A stretch of DNA of 64,000 nucleotides from positions 10,557 to 74,556 of the IMG/VR virus record IMGVR_UViG_3300045988_119787; one strand, written 5' to 3'. The position numbers and the translations under genes were made by a program. The notes under the pieces were generated by a model that was not told where the DNA came from, ran no database searches, and saw only the letters and a program-made list of their open reading frames with translations. The DNA is from a virus. Below, one piece after another: positions 29,608 to 39,770 of the stretch (position 1 is the first letter of the stretch; every line of letters starts with the position of its first letter).

Positions 29608-30393
29608 TTAATTACTTCTAATATCATCAAAGAAACTTTCACGTTTCTGTTTTCTGGCAGGCTTGTTTCCTGCACCCGAACTAGACAGCGAAGGAGGAAT
29701 GCCCTCTGCTGCAGAAGAGCGGACCTTATTCTGAATCTTCTCATTTCGGGCTTGCATGGCAGCCTCTTCACGTGCGGAAGAAATATCAGAATCGTAGTTG
29801 TAGGCATTCTTGAAGAGATTCCATGTCTCGGAAGAGATATTGCCCTCTTCTGCATCCTGAATGACGCCCCAAACCTTACCGTAAAGGTCGTTTGCCTCAT
29901 CATCGGAAAGACCTAACTTTAGCAAAGCCTCATAAGACTTTCTCATATTTTCATCCAACTGCTGGCTGTGCTTCTCCTGCTCGGCTACCTTCTCTTGGAA
30001 CTTGACAATCTGATCGGCAACCTTCTTGGAAAGCTCTTCATCTTCAAGAGCAGCCTTGATGTCAATACCCTGCGAAGCCATCCACTCCAATGGGTGCATG
30101 CCCTTGCGTGTAGCATCAAGAACCATGGCGCCAAGCCACTTGTTGTTGTCAAGCATCTTACTCAATGCCTGACCGTTCTTTTCATACTCGCCGAGTCTGT
30201 CAGCATCATCATTCATGGCAGCATAACGGGCTTCCTTGTCTTCGAAGTCGATGTCAGAATGGCGCTGCGAGAAACGCTTGGAGAAGGCTGTACGATTAGG
30301 TCGCTCGTCAACAGGTGGAGTCTCCTGCTCTGCTGGAGCTTCCTGCTGCGTAGCATCCTCTGCGTTCATTTTTTCTAATTCTTCTTTTGTCAT
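29608..30393 (-). CDS. Putative scaffolding protein
   Basis: Acidic, helix-rich 261-aa protein from ATG 30393 (the track's 30423 start is TTG), upstream of the putative capsid gene. Confidence 0.4.
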   Translation of the reverse strand: MTKEELEKMNAEDATQQEAPAEQETPPVDERPNRTAFSKRFSQRHSDIDFEDKEARYAAMNDDADRLGEYEKNGQALSKMLDNNKWLGAMVLDATRKGMHPLEWMASQGIDIKAALEDEELSKKVADQIVKFQEKVAEQEKHSQQLDENMRKSYEALLKLGLSDDEANDLYGKVWGVIQDAEEGNISSETWNLFKNAYNYDSDISSAREEAAMQARNEKIQNKVRSSAAEGIPPSLSSSGAGNKPARKQKRESFFDDIRSN

Positions 30394-30449
30394 AGTTATA
30401 ACTGTTTGAAAACTTTTCGGCAAAAATGCAAAGAAAACAAAGAAGTTTT

Positions 30450-30492
30450 GCGGTGTTCCAAATCAGTATATATCAGCCGATTGGAACACCGC
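30450..30492. promoter_or_regulatory. Perfect 12-bp inverted repeat GCGGTGTTCCAA-N19-TTGGAACACCGC in divergent late control region
   Basis: Read directly: arms at 30450-30461 and 30481-30492. Lies between the scaffold start (30393) and the portal start (30551). Confidence 0.6.
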
Positions 30493-30513
30493 AAAGAAAG
30501 CTTTGATTTTACC

Positions 30514-30521
30514 TATTTTTG
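30514..30521 (+). promoter_or_regulatory. Bacteroidota-type -7 box TATTTTTG
   Basis: Matches TAnnTTTG, 30 nt upstream of portal ATG 30551. Confidence 0.5.
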
Positions 30522-30550
30522 CGCCTATAATTAACAATGTGTAAATAAAT

Positions 30551-32569
30551 ATGGCAAAGGCAAAGTTATTAACACTTAGTAGAGTGATGCCTCGGCATAA
30601 CAAATATGATTCGGTCAAGGCTCGAAAGCGGAGACAGGAGCACGGCAAGGACTGGGAGCTTCTTACCCGATGTAAGAACGACTGGAATAACCTGAGTGGC
30701 GTAAGGGAGACGAGAGCAAGAACCATGAGATACTGTAACGGTGAACAATGGAGCGACACCATCAGAGTTTATCATCGTGGCTATTGGGAAGAAATGTCTG
30801 AGAAAACCTATATGCAGAAGCGAAATCAGACACCAATGAGCAACAACATCATGATAAGTATCTTGGAATCTATTGCCGGTCTCTACGCCAAGCAGGGCAC
30901 GGAACCCGTCTGCTTTGCAAGAGATAATGACTCCCGACAACTGAGCGACATGATGAGTGCTACGATGCAATGCAACTGGCAGACCACCGGCATGCAGGAT
31001 TTACTGAATCACCTTATCAAGGATTATCTGCAGGGCGGTCAGATGTTCGTGAGGGAAAGCTGGGAAGACCGAGAACTTGAAATGCCCGATGCTTGGACGG
31101 ACGCAATGGAACCGGACCACATGTTCTTTGAGTGCGGAAGCGACCCAAGACACAATGACGTTTGTCTGATAGGTTGTCTGCATGACGTAAGCAAGGAAGA
31201 CCTGTATCAGAAGTTTGCCAGAAGGGAATACGGACTGACGGTTGATGATCTGAATAGGATTTTTGACATTCATGATGTAGACGATAGCAGTTATGGCTAC
31301 GAGTTCAACGAGGAAAAGGCTTTGGACAATCTCAGCTTCGATTACACCAACAAGGGCAGACACTACGTAAGAGTGATTGAGGTATGGAGTACGGAAACCA
31401 AGCCTAGACTGCAATGCTTCGACCCTATTGCCAAGAACATGAACAACGCTTGGTTCCGTGTGGATTTGGAAGACACGGCTATGATAAACAAGCTGATTCA
31501 GGAAAACGAGAAGCGCAAGAAGCAGTATGATGAATACGGTGTGCCGGAAGAAGACCGTGCCTACATCACATCGGAAGATCTTTCTGATAAATACTGGTAC
31601 TATACCTTCATGGCTCCTGACGGTACGGTCCTCTGTCGTGGCGAATCTCCTTACGATTTCAAGAGTCACCCATACACCATGAAGCTTTATCCGTTCATCA
31701 ACGGAGAGATTCATCCTTTCATGACCAACGTGATAGACCAGCAGCGCTACATCAACCGCCTGATCGTGATGAACGACATGAGTATCAGAAGCAGCTTCAA
31801 GGGATTCAAGATGATTCCTACAACCGTACTGGGTGGAAGAACACCAGAGCAGTTCATGGAAGAGGCAATAGAATACGATGGATGGATATTCTACACACCA
31901 AAGAGAACGATGCCGAACGTGAAGCCAGAGATTATCACTTCGAATGCGGTAAACATCGGAACAAACGAACTCTTGCAGATAGAGCTGAACCTTATCAGAG
32001 AGGTGACCAACGTGAGCGGTGCCTTGCAGGGCAAGACTCCTTCGGCTGGTACATCGGCTGCAAGATATGCACAGGAGAGTCAGAACGCAACCACTTCGCT
32101 CTACACCATCCTATCCGATATGGAGATTTTTACGGAGAAGCTGGCAATGAAAAAGTGCTCAGTTATCCAACAGTTCTACGAGGACGGAAGAAAGATTTTC
32201 AACAAGGACGGTCTGAACACCTACAGCTATGACAGGCTATCAGCAAGAGACATTCATTTCAAGATAAGCATCAAGAATGCAGCTGCATCTGCTGCCTTCA
32301 ACACTTTGCAGAATGACGACTTGAAGGAGTTGCTGCAGATGGGTGCAATCAACCTGATTCAGTACTTGCAGAATGTAAACAAGCCTTATGCAGACAAGTT
32401 GCTTGCCAGCGTGCAGGAACAGCAGGCGCAGCTGGAACAGATGTATCAGCAACAACAGGCGATGGCTCAACAGCAAGGAGGCGGTCAGGTAGTAAATGGC
32501 GTGGTACAGGGTGCAGACCAGAACGCAGTGGCACAAGCTATGAATTTGTATAACAATCAAGCAGCATAA
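30551..32569 (+). CDS. Portal protein
   Basis: 672 aa. RYCNGEQW motif typical of portal N-termini. Gln-rich C-terminal tail. Sits in the packaging/head module. Confidence 0.6.
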   Translation: MAKAKLLTLSRVMPRHNKYDSVKARKRRQEHGKDWELLTRCKNDWNNLSGVRETRARTMRYCNGEQWSDTIRVYHRGYWEEMSEKTYMQKRNQTPMSNNIMISILESIAGLYAKQGTEPVCFARDNDSRQLSDMMSATMQCNWQTTGMQDLLNHLIKDYLQGGQMFVRESWEDRELEMPDAWTDAMEPDHMFFECGSDPRHNDVCLIGCLHDVSKEDLYQKFARREYGLTVDDLNRIFDIHDVDDSSYGYEFNEEKALDNLSFDYTNKGRHYVRVIEVWSTETKPRLQCFDPIAKNMNNAWFRVDLEDTAMINKLIQENEKRKKQYDEYGVPEEDRAYITSEDLSDKYWYYTFMAPDGTVLCRGESPYDFKSHPYTMKLYPFINGEIHPFMTNVIDQQRYINRLIVMNDMSIRSSFKGFKMIPTTVLGGRTPEQFMEEAIEYDGWIFYTPKRTMPNVKPEIITSNAVNIGTNELLQIELNLIREVTNVSGALQGKTPSAGTSAARYAQESQNATTSLYTILSDMEIFTEKLAMKKCSVIQQFYEDGRKIFNKDGLNTYSYDRLSARDIHFKISIKNAAASAAFNTLQNDDLKELLQMGAINLIQYLQNVNKPYADKLLASVQEQQAQLEQMYQQQQAMAQQQGGGQVVNGVVQGADQNAVAQAMNLYNNQAA

Positions 32570-32572
32570 GAT

Positions 32573-33064
32573 ATGGAATTACAGATAACGATAGACTGGA
32601 GTCATGTCAAGAATGCAGTAAAGAAGCATCTTGCCATCATGGGCAAAAGGCAGAAGAACCCGGAAGGGAACACTGCCTTTGCTGGAATCACCCTATCAAG
32701 TGCGGAAGAGGACGTGATGAAGCAATACATCAATGCTGCCGTGGAAACCTTTGTGGGAGAAATGGCGCAGCTGGTAACCTATTATGATAGTGGCGATTTT
32801 CTGATATTTAAGATAAACAATTCACGCTGGGCAGGGACAGAGACGAGCGTAACGGTTCCATTCGAAGGGAATCTGATAGGCTATGTTGTGGCTTACGTGG
32901 CAAACGCCGTACTGGGAATGAATTATCCGGAGCTGGCAAAGAAGTATGAGAGCGACATGAGCAATCACCTGAATGCCGCCATCAAGCTGGTTTTTCACAA
33001 GACCCCACCGGCAAGCAGCAACACAAGTTTGACAGACATGACTGGCGAAATAATAATTGACTAA
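32573..33064 (+). CDS. Hypothetical head-associated protein
   Basis: 163-aa ORF 3 nt after the portal stop. Confidence 0.5.
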   Translation: MELQITIDWSHVKNAVKKHLAIMGKRQKNPEGNTAFAGITLSSAEEDVMKQYINAAVETFVGEMAQLVTYYDSGDFLIFKINNSRWAGTETSVTVPFEGNLIGYVVAYVANAVLGMNYPELAKKYESDMSNHLNAAIKLVFHKTPPASSNTSLTDMTGEIIID

Positions 33065-33076
33065 AAAGGATAAGTT

Positions 33077-33868
33077 ATGATCATAAAATTTCAAATTATC
33101 AAATCGGTAGTGATGGAGGCAGTAAAGTCGACAACCTACCTGAAAGCAAAGATAGATACTGCGGCAGACGAAAAAGCAGCGAAAGTAAGCTTTAACGAGG
33201 CTGCCGGCGACGATGAGGTTCACGAAAGAACGCTGACCCACGACTTTGATACAGCATTGGAAGTATTGAAGACCATCTTCGTAGACTATCTTGTACCAAC
33301 GCCTCAAACTATTGGCGACAACGCCATCTACTACGGAAGCAGAACGGATGATATAGTGGAGTTCACCCTATCAGTATCAAGACGTTATAACGGAACGCTG
33401 ACCGACGCGCTGGCAAGGCTGTCAGCAAGATACGTGGAGGACTACATGATATACCAGTGGTGGCTGAAAACAACAAACCTGAAACAAGCGGAGCCATACC
33501 AAGCTACACTTGCATCAGATGAGATAGCCATCAGAAAGTGCTTCGTGATGAGTGGTCCGCTGGTCCCAAAGGTTCCTTATTCTTCCACATTGACCGCCAA
33601 GGTTGACGGAAGCGACACGGACGGTGGCGTTACAATAGCAGTAGAGAACGATGAAGTGACCCTATCCTACTCTATTGACGATGGGGCTATTGACGATATT
33701 GAGGCAAGAAGCAGCGACCCTTGTATCTTGGAAGTTCACAGAATGCAGGAGCCTCATACCTTTTGGCTGAAACCGCTGAACACTGGAGTGGCTTACGTGA
33801 CATTATTCTCACGTCACAGCGACAATCTGAAAAAGGAAATAGAAGTAACCATAGCAAAGGAGGTATAA
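33077..33868 (+). CDS. Hypothetical protein with C-terminal Ig-like (Big_2-like) domain
   Basis: C-terminus SSDPCILEVHRMQEPHTFWLKPLNTGVAYVTLFS...EIEVTI resembles bacterial Ig-like domains. Confidence 0.5.
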   Translation: MIIKFQIIKSVVMEAVKSTTYLKAKIDTAADEKAAKVSFNEAAGDDEVHERTLTHDFDTALEVLKTIFVDYLVPTPQTIGDNAIYYGSRTDDIVEFTLSVSRRYNGTLTDALARLSARYVEDYMIYQWWLKTTNLKQAEPYQATLASDEIAIRKCFVMSGPLVPKVPYSSTLTAKVDGSDTDGGVTIAVENDEVTLSYSIDDGAIDDIEARSSDPCILEVHRMQEPHTFWLKPLNTGVAYVTLFSRHSDNLKKEIEVTIAKEV

Positions 33869-33869
33869 G

Positions 33870-34478
33870 ATGGAGTTCAATTCATTACACCCTACGCATT
33901 TCCTCAGAGAGAAAGGATGGAAGCCTGAGCCAAATCCTTTCCTTCCGAAACCTCCACGTCCTGCCCATGTGTATTTCGACAAGCACATCTTTATCTATTC
34001 CAACCAACTTTGGTATGATATAGATGCAACAACCCACATGATGGGCAGAGTAAGACAGGAGAGCGACCCAAATATAGCGAATACCGTTCCGACAAGTGAG
34101 AACACGCAGGAAAGACCACTTTTCTATAGATGGTTCGACAAATACCTGAAAAAGGCAGAAGGTCTGCTTTCTGCCTACATCATGAAACCGCAGGGCGTGG
34201 TAAGAGACAATGCCTTGAAGGAATGGGATGAGAAGGAAATGTGGCTGAGGATGCCAGATTACTGGGACGATGCAAGACTAGACGAACTGGTGCAGGCAAT
34301 ACATCATTATATATCAACAGGCGCTCTGTATGAATACTTCCTGCTGACATTGACAAGCAAAGACCCGCTGACCGTTGACAAGGCTACACAGCTGGAAGAC
34401 GATGAGCTGGAGATTCTAGACGCAGCCAATGCCAGCAAGCCGGGTGGAATGATTCATACATTGAAGCCATTTGGATAA
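33870..34478 (+). CDS. Hypothetical protein preceded by perfect SD AAGGAGGT
   Basis: 202-aa ORF. AAGGAGGT at 33857-33864, 5 nt before the ATG. Confidence 0.55.
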   Translation: MEFNSLHPTHFLREKGWKPEPNPFLPKPPRPAHVYFDKHIFIYSNQLWYDIDATTHMMGRVRQESDPNIANTVPTSENTQERPLFYRWFDKYLKKAEGLLSAYIMKPQGVVRDNALKEWDEKEMWLRMPDYWDDARLDELVQAIHHYISTGALYEYFLLTLTSKDPLTVDKATQLEDDELEILDAANASKPGGMIHTLKPFG

Positions 34479-34495
34479 AAAGGAAAGGAAGGCTT

Positions 34496-34894
34496 ATGGA
34501 AGATTTGGAATATGACGAGTTTAAATCGGTAAGGGAATTTCAGAAGGAGAAGAAGGAAAAAGCCAAGACCATTCTTCCGGCAAGGAAGAGTGCGCAGAAA
34601 GAATATATCAGAGATTTCCTTGCAAGGAATCAGGAAAAGTTTGAAGAGTGCATGGATCAGCTGGCAGAATATGACCCTAAGACATACGTCACCATCTACA
34701 AGGACCTGACCAAACACATGATACCTAAGCAGAGTGAGGTAAGCGTGACGCATGGACTGGACGAAGACTTCAAGCAGCTGGCAGCACTGGCACAGACCAA
34801 GACAGACAACAATGCCTTGGACGTTACGCAAGTTCCGCAGATAATGGATGCGGATTTTGAAGAAATAAAGGAGTTGGGCGATGGCATTAGTTAG
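34496..34894 (+). CDS. Possible small terminase subunit
   Basis: 132-aa charged protein that overlaps the large terminase start. Called by position only. Confidence 0.3.
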   Translation: MEDLEYDEFKSVREFQKEKKEKAKTILPARKSAQKEYIRDFLARNQEKFEECMDQLAEYDPKTYVTIYKDLTKHMIPKQSEVSVTHGLDEDFKQLAALAQTKTDNNALDVTQVPQIMDADFEEIKELGDGIS

Positions 34895-37013
34895 AGAAGT
34901 AGATATTGATGAACTCGTTGCCGAGAACAAAAGACGGTATGATGAGATTTATGGCACCTACGACCCTTGGACGGGCGAAGGGTGTTATGATTTTGAACAT
35001 CGCGAACTGCTGGAACTTCCGGACTTCATGATTTCGAAGATGTGGGTCCCCAAAGAATGTATGCGTACCTTATTATATAGGGGACTGAAACAGCTGGGCA
35101 GCATGAAGGAATACATCATCAGAGTATGGGGCAAGCAGTATGAAGAGAAGAGTTATTACACCAGACAGCTTAAAATGTTGCTCACCTTCGAAATCATGAA
35201 AGTCAGATTCAGAGAAGACCCTGAATTTGCCCTTTATTCTACCGACAAGATTGAGGATAAGGTAAGCGGTGACATGATACCTTTTAAGCTGAACTATCCT
35301 CAGCGAAAACTCTTGAAGATTTTTGAGGACTTGAGAACCGGTGGCAGGGCTATCCGTGTAGTTATCCTAAAAGCTCGACAATGGGGTGGTTCTACCCTCA
35401 CCCAGCTTTACATCAAATGGTTGCAGGATTTCAGAAAGGACGGTTGGAATGCTATCGTACTTGCCCAGCAGAAGAACACAGCAAAGAAAATCAAGGCAAT
35501 GTATCGAAAGGCTTTGGAGAACCAACCGGGATGGACGATTGGCAGACCGGGAGCGAAGCTTCAATTCTCTCCTTACGAGAACTCGCCAGACGATTTCCAA
35601 GTTACAGACGGAATGAGGGCAATCCGAAGAAGTACACTGACTGTGGCTTCTTTCGAGAACTTCGATTCCGTGCGAGGTAGCAACTTCCACTGCGCTCACT
35701 ATTCCGAGGTTGCTTACTGGAAGAAGACTCCCGAGCATGATCCTGAGGGTGTGATTTCGTCAATATCGGGTGGTATCAGAAACCAAGAGGATAACCTAGA
35801 GGTATTCGAGAGTACCGGCAAGGGTAATTCGGGATTCTTCTATGACAAGTGCCAGTTGGCGATGGACCCAAAGAACAATGATGCCTATTCGTTCCTGTTC
35901 ATTCCTTGCTTCTTTATCGAGCATGATATGGAAGAGGTGAAGGATGAGCGTGCCTTTGCAAGATGGCTGCTGGAGAACAGAGACAAGAGTACCAACCCGA
36001 AGGGCTACCGAGAAACAGGAAAGTTCTTCTGGCGAATGTGGGAGAAGGGTGCTTGCTTCCAAGCCATTGAGTGGTACAGAAACTTCCGCAACAAGTTTAC
36101 CACCCATTCATTCTGTGCTACAGAGGCGCCAGTGGACGAAGAGGACGCTTTCAGAAACTCAGGTAACTTGGTATTCAATCCGTACAGTATTGATGATTTG
36201 CAGAAGAAGTACAAGCGTGAACCGCTCTATACGGCAGACATCATTGTTGACGGAAACAAGAATGACTCAACCATTGAGAAGTCGAAGGTGAGCATCAGAA
36301 CAGATGGTGACGGAGACTTGAAAATTTGGGCTGTTCCTAACGTCCTGCAGGTGGAGAACAGATACTTGGTGAGCGTGGATATTGGCGGTAAGAGTACCAC
36401 TTCTGACTATACCGTCATGACGGTGATAGACCGATTCGGAATGATTCCGACCGTCAAGGGCAAACCGAAGGTAGTAGCTAGATACAGAGGTCATGTAAGA
36501 CACGACAAGCTGGCGTGGATGGCTGCTGCCCTAGCCCATTACTATGATGATGCCCTGCTGGTGATTGAGAGTAATACGGCTGACCGAGAGAAGAACAACA
36601 ATACGGAAGGTGACCACTTCGGAAGCATCCTGAACGAGATTGCCGACTACTACGATAATCTTTATCAGCGAACCACAAGTCCGGAAGACGTGACCGATGA
36701 TGTGCTTGCTAAGTACGGTTTCCAAACCAACAAACTGACAAAGGGATGGATAATTGACAACTTGGAGCAGTTTGTGGATGATATGCTCTGGGATGAGCCA
36801 GACAAGGAAATGTATCATGAGCTGAGAATCTATGAGCGACATGATGATGGAAGTCTCGGCAACATCGTGGGCAACGGTAATCATGATGATGTTCTGATGA
36901 GTACGGCAATCGGTCTTTGGGTGAGTGCCAACGACATGGAGAAGCCTCAATGGAAGAAGAAAGAAAAAACAAGAAGCGGTGGTGACGGTGTGTATACTGC
37001 TGCAAAAATATAA
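34881..37013 (+). CDS. terL: Terminase large subunit
   Basis: VVILKARQWGGSTLTQ Walker-A-like terminase motif. 710 aa. Nuclease-like C-terminus. AAGGAG 7 nt upstream. Confidence 0.75.
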   Translation: MALVREVDIDELVAENKRRYDEIYGTYDPWTGEGCYDFEHRELLELPDFMISKMWVPKECMRTLLYRGLKQLGSMKEYIIRVWGKQYEEKSYYTRQLKMLLTFEIMKVRFREDPEFALYSTDKIEDKVSGDMIPFKLNYPQRKLLKIFEDLRTGGRAIRVVILKARQWGGSTLTQLYIKWLQDFRKDGWNAIVLAQQKNTAKKIKAMYRKALENQPGWTIGRPGAKLQFSPYENSPDDFQVTDGMRAIRRSTLTVASFENFDSVRGSNFHCAHYSEVAYWKKTPEHDPEGVISSISGGIRNQEDNLEVFESTGKGNSGFFYDKCQLAMDPKNNDAYSFLFIPCFFIEHDMEEVKDERAFARWLLENRDKSTNPKGYRETGKFFWRMWEKGACFQAIEWYRNFRNKFTTHSFCATEAPVDEEDAFRNSGNLVFNPYSIDDLQKKYKREPLYTADIIVDGNKNDSTIEKSKVSIRTDGDGDLKIWAVPNVLQVENRYLVSVDIGGKSTTSDYTVMTVIDRFGMIPTVKGKPKVVARYRGHVRHDKLAWMAAALAHYYDDALLVIESNTADREKNNNTEGDHFGSILNEIADYYDNLYQRTTSPEDVTDDVLAKYGFQTNKLTKGWIIDNLEQFVDDMLWDEPDKEMYHELRIYERHDDGSLGNIVGNGNHDDVLMSTAIGLWVSANDMEKPQWKKKEKTRSGGDGVYTAAKI

Positions 37014-37024
37014 ACAAAAGAGCT

Positions 37025-39688
37025 ATGGAGAGAAACTTGGAAAGAAAGACTTTGAGTTTTGGTAAGGGAATGACGAATGTGCCGAGTGACTTGCTTTCAG
37101 ACGATTCAGAATTACTGGAGTCTGACGGCTTTATCTTTCGTGATGGGGAAATGAAACCTATTCAGAATCCTGTCAAGATTGGTGAGATTGCGGGGCAGAA
37201 GATCATGTACGTTCACAAGATGGCAGACTATGAGAACATCATTGCTTACGATGAAGACCGGACTATCTACTGGTATATTAGAGGAAGCAACGGAATCGAA
37301 ATGCCGCCTAGTGGAGTTCCTGCAAGTTTTGAAGTTGGAAAGGTAAAGGACATCAAGAGTGTGGGCAATACGCTGGTTGTTGCTACAAAGGGTGGCTTGC
37401 ATTACCTTAAATATAAAGGGAACAGGTATAAGAACCTAGGAACGGAGTTGCCTAAGCCAGAAGTGCATTTCTATATGTTTTATGCAGGAAACGTAAAAGC
37501 TGATTCAAGCATTAAATATGAAGGGTTCGTAAATCGTAAAAAACTAACCATCCAATATGATGCCAATGGTAACGTGTGCAAAATCCAAAAGCTCCGCTAC
37601 ATAAACAATAGAGGTGATACAGGCTTGAACAATATTAATGTTACAACAAATCCCCCAATGAGCAAGGAAGAGTTTTGGGCGTATGGAGTGACCAACGATG
37701 AAGATAACAACAAGAACTTGTTTCAGTCAGCTGTAGTTGGTCATGTGTCTTCCATTATCAACAAAGCAGCAGAAGATAATATTTTCCTGTTTCCGTTTTT
37801 CGTAAGGTCTGCGCTTAAATTATTTGATGGAACGTACGCACGCATTTCAAATCCGGTTGTCTGCTATCCATGCGTCACAGCAAACTGCAATTCCTATGTT
37901 TACGAAAAGGAAGCGAGTATCAATCTGTACGGCTATACTCTTTCCTATTCCATTTCTATACCAAATAGTGATGATTGGAAGGATATCGTTAAGAATATCA
38001 GCCTGTTTGCTACCAAAGGCGTGCAACCATTCAAGCTGGATAAAGACTGGAAGTTTGCCTATCCCGACGAAGTGTACGGAAAAGCATTTAATGACTTCCT
38101 AAGTGGCGATGTTTATAAGAAATCTATATTTTCAAGAAATGGTGGTTCTACAGACGAGCCATGTATGAGAATCATGCCTGAATATAAAACGGAAGACGAT
38201 ATTAGGGAAGAACTACTTGACAGAAGCGTGTTTTATAAGATAGAACAGATAGGAATCAACTCTTCTAAGTTGAACGGCACAACACAGAAGGCAGAAATAA
38301 AGGACGGTGTTTTGTCCAATCTTGAGACACAGGAACAGCTGCAGAAAGATGATTACTACGGCTGGGCACACTACGTTTTTGACAAGATGTTTGCATACAA
38401 CGGGAGACTGAACTCTTTTGGCGCAAAGAGAAAGCCTTTCGATGGGTTTAATCATTTCACGGCTCTAGATGGTGAACCACGAAACGAATACAAATACTAC
38501 GTGAAGATTGAAGCAAACTCCATGTCAACATGGGTAGAATCAGAGGCGGGCATCGGAAGGACATGTGCGCTGACCGGTTGGTTCTATTATCCTGACCCTA
38601 ATGCGTCAGAGGTAATCATATATGATCCACAGCATCAGAGAGGAATCCGATTTGAGCTGCAACAGCATCCTCGTCTGAACGGTGCTTACCATTTCGGAAA
38701 ACTGGAAAATGATGTAAGTTGGGATACAAGCATAAGCATTCCTTCAACTGACAACGGTGCTCAGGAAGATTTGAACTCTCAGATATTTACGTCTGTCGTG
38801 AACAACCCGTTTGTGTTTGAAGCATCTGGAGACAATACAGTAGGCACCGGCAGAATATTGGGCATTGCAGCCAACACCGAGGCGGTAAGCCAAGGACAGT
38901 TCGGTCAATATCCATTGATTGTATTTACGGACGAAGGAATCTACGGCATGTCGGTAAATTCAGAAGGTTTGTATAGCGCCAGCCATCCAATTTCAAGAGA
39001 AGTATGTAATGAAGATTCACCATTTGTGCCTACAGACAGACTGGTATACTTTACGTCAAAGAGAGGATTGATGGCTTCTAGCGGTGGTCAGGTAGCGTGC
39101 ATGAGCGAACAGCTCAGAGGGCGCACACCAAGAAACTTCATATCCGTGGGTGATGGAAAGTTCCTGGAGTTTTTGGCGAATTGTCTTATCGCCTACGATT
39201 ATCGGGATTCCCTGTTGAGAATATTCAGCCAAGACAAGGACTACCAATATATATATAATATGGTAGACAAGACTTTCTCTATAGCGAACAGCGGAATAAT
39301 GGCAAAGGCTGTAGTGAATGATTATCCTGACAACCTGATTCAAGACATCGACGGAAATGTATATTCGCTCATGGCTAAGCCGGACATCAACGATGATACG
39401 GACAACTACAGAGGCTCCTTCACTACCCGACCATTGAAGCTGGGCGGTAGCATGAACTTGAAATCGCTCAGAGCAGTGAAGCATCTGTTTGATTCCGATA
39501 ACGGAAAGATTGCCATGGAGATTTACGGAAGCAACGACTGCAAGCACTGGTGCAAATTGATTTCGCTCGGTGGCAAGCCTTGGAAATACTTCACGTTCAA
39601 ATATGCGTTGACGAACTTCAAGGCAACAGATTCCTTTGCAGGAAGCATTGTTGAGGTACAGAACAGAAGAGAAGACAAAATAAGATAA
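37025..39688 (+). CDS. Large hypothetical structural protein
   Basis: 887-aa ORF, last gene of the rightward late operon, followed by a terminator. Confidence 0.5.
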   Translation: MERNLERKTLSFGKGMTNVPSDLLSDDSELLESDGFIFRDGEMKPIQNPVKIGEIAGQKIMYVHKMADYENIIAYDEDRTIYWYIRGSNGIEMPPSGVPASFEVGKVKDIKSVGNTLVVATKGGLHYLKYKGNRYKNLGTELPKPEVHFYMFYAGNVKADSSIKYEGFVNRKKLTIQYDANGNVCKIQKLRYINNRGDTGLNNINVTTNPPMSKEEFWAYGVTNDEDNNKNLFQSAVVGHVSSIINKAAEDNIFLFPFFVRSALKLFDGTYARISNPVVCYPCVTANCNSYVYEKEASINLYGYTLSYSISIPNSDDWKDIVKNISLFATKGVQPFKLDKDWKFAYPDEVYGKAFNDFLSGDVYKKSIFSRNGGSTDEPCMRIMPEYKTEDDIREELLDRSVFYKIEQIGINSSKLNGTTQKAEIKDGVLSNLETQEQLQKDDYYGWAHYVFDKMFAYNGRLNSFGAKRKPFDGFNHFTALDGEPRNEYKYYVKIEANSMSTWVESEAGIGRTCALTGWFYYPDPNASEVIIYDPQHQRGIRFELQQHPRLNGAYHFGKLENDVSWDTSISIPSTDNGAQEDLNSQIFTSVVNNPFVFEASGDNTVGTGRILGIAANTEAVSQGQFGQYPLIVFTDEGIYGMSVNSEGLYSASHPISREVCNEDSPFVPTDRLVYFTSKRGLMASSGGQVACMSEQLRGRTPRNFISVGDGKFLEFLANCLIAYDYRDSLLRIFSQDKDYQYIYNMVDKTFSIANSGIMAKAVVNDYPDNLIQDIDGNVYSLMAKPDINDDTDNYRGSFTTRPLKLGGSMNLKSLRAVKHLFDSDNGKIAMEIYGSNDCKHWCKLISLGGKPWKYFTFKYALTNFKATDSFAGSIVEVQNRREDKIR

Positions 39689-39720
39689 AATTCTTTTTCC
39701 ATAAGTTGATAACATAAAAG

Positions 39721-39751
39721 AAGGCGGCTACTCGTGATGAGCAGTCGCCTT
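39721..39751. terminator. Bidirectional intrinsic terminator
   Basis: AAGGCGGCTACTC-gtgat-GAGCAGTCGCCTT imperfect 13-bp stem. A/T-rich runs on both sides. Confidence 0.65.
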
Positions 39752-39770
39752 CGCAGTTAATAACTAAAAA

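Noticed and set aside
31001-31714. 237-aa minus-strand ORF inside the portal gene, and similar antisense ORFs inside terL and the 887-aa gene (35367-35738, 36531-36950, 39056-39715).
   Set aside because: They lie wholly inside well-supported plus-strand genes, have junk-like composition and have no independent signals.
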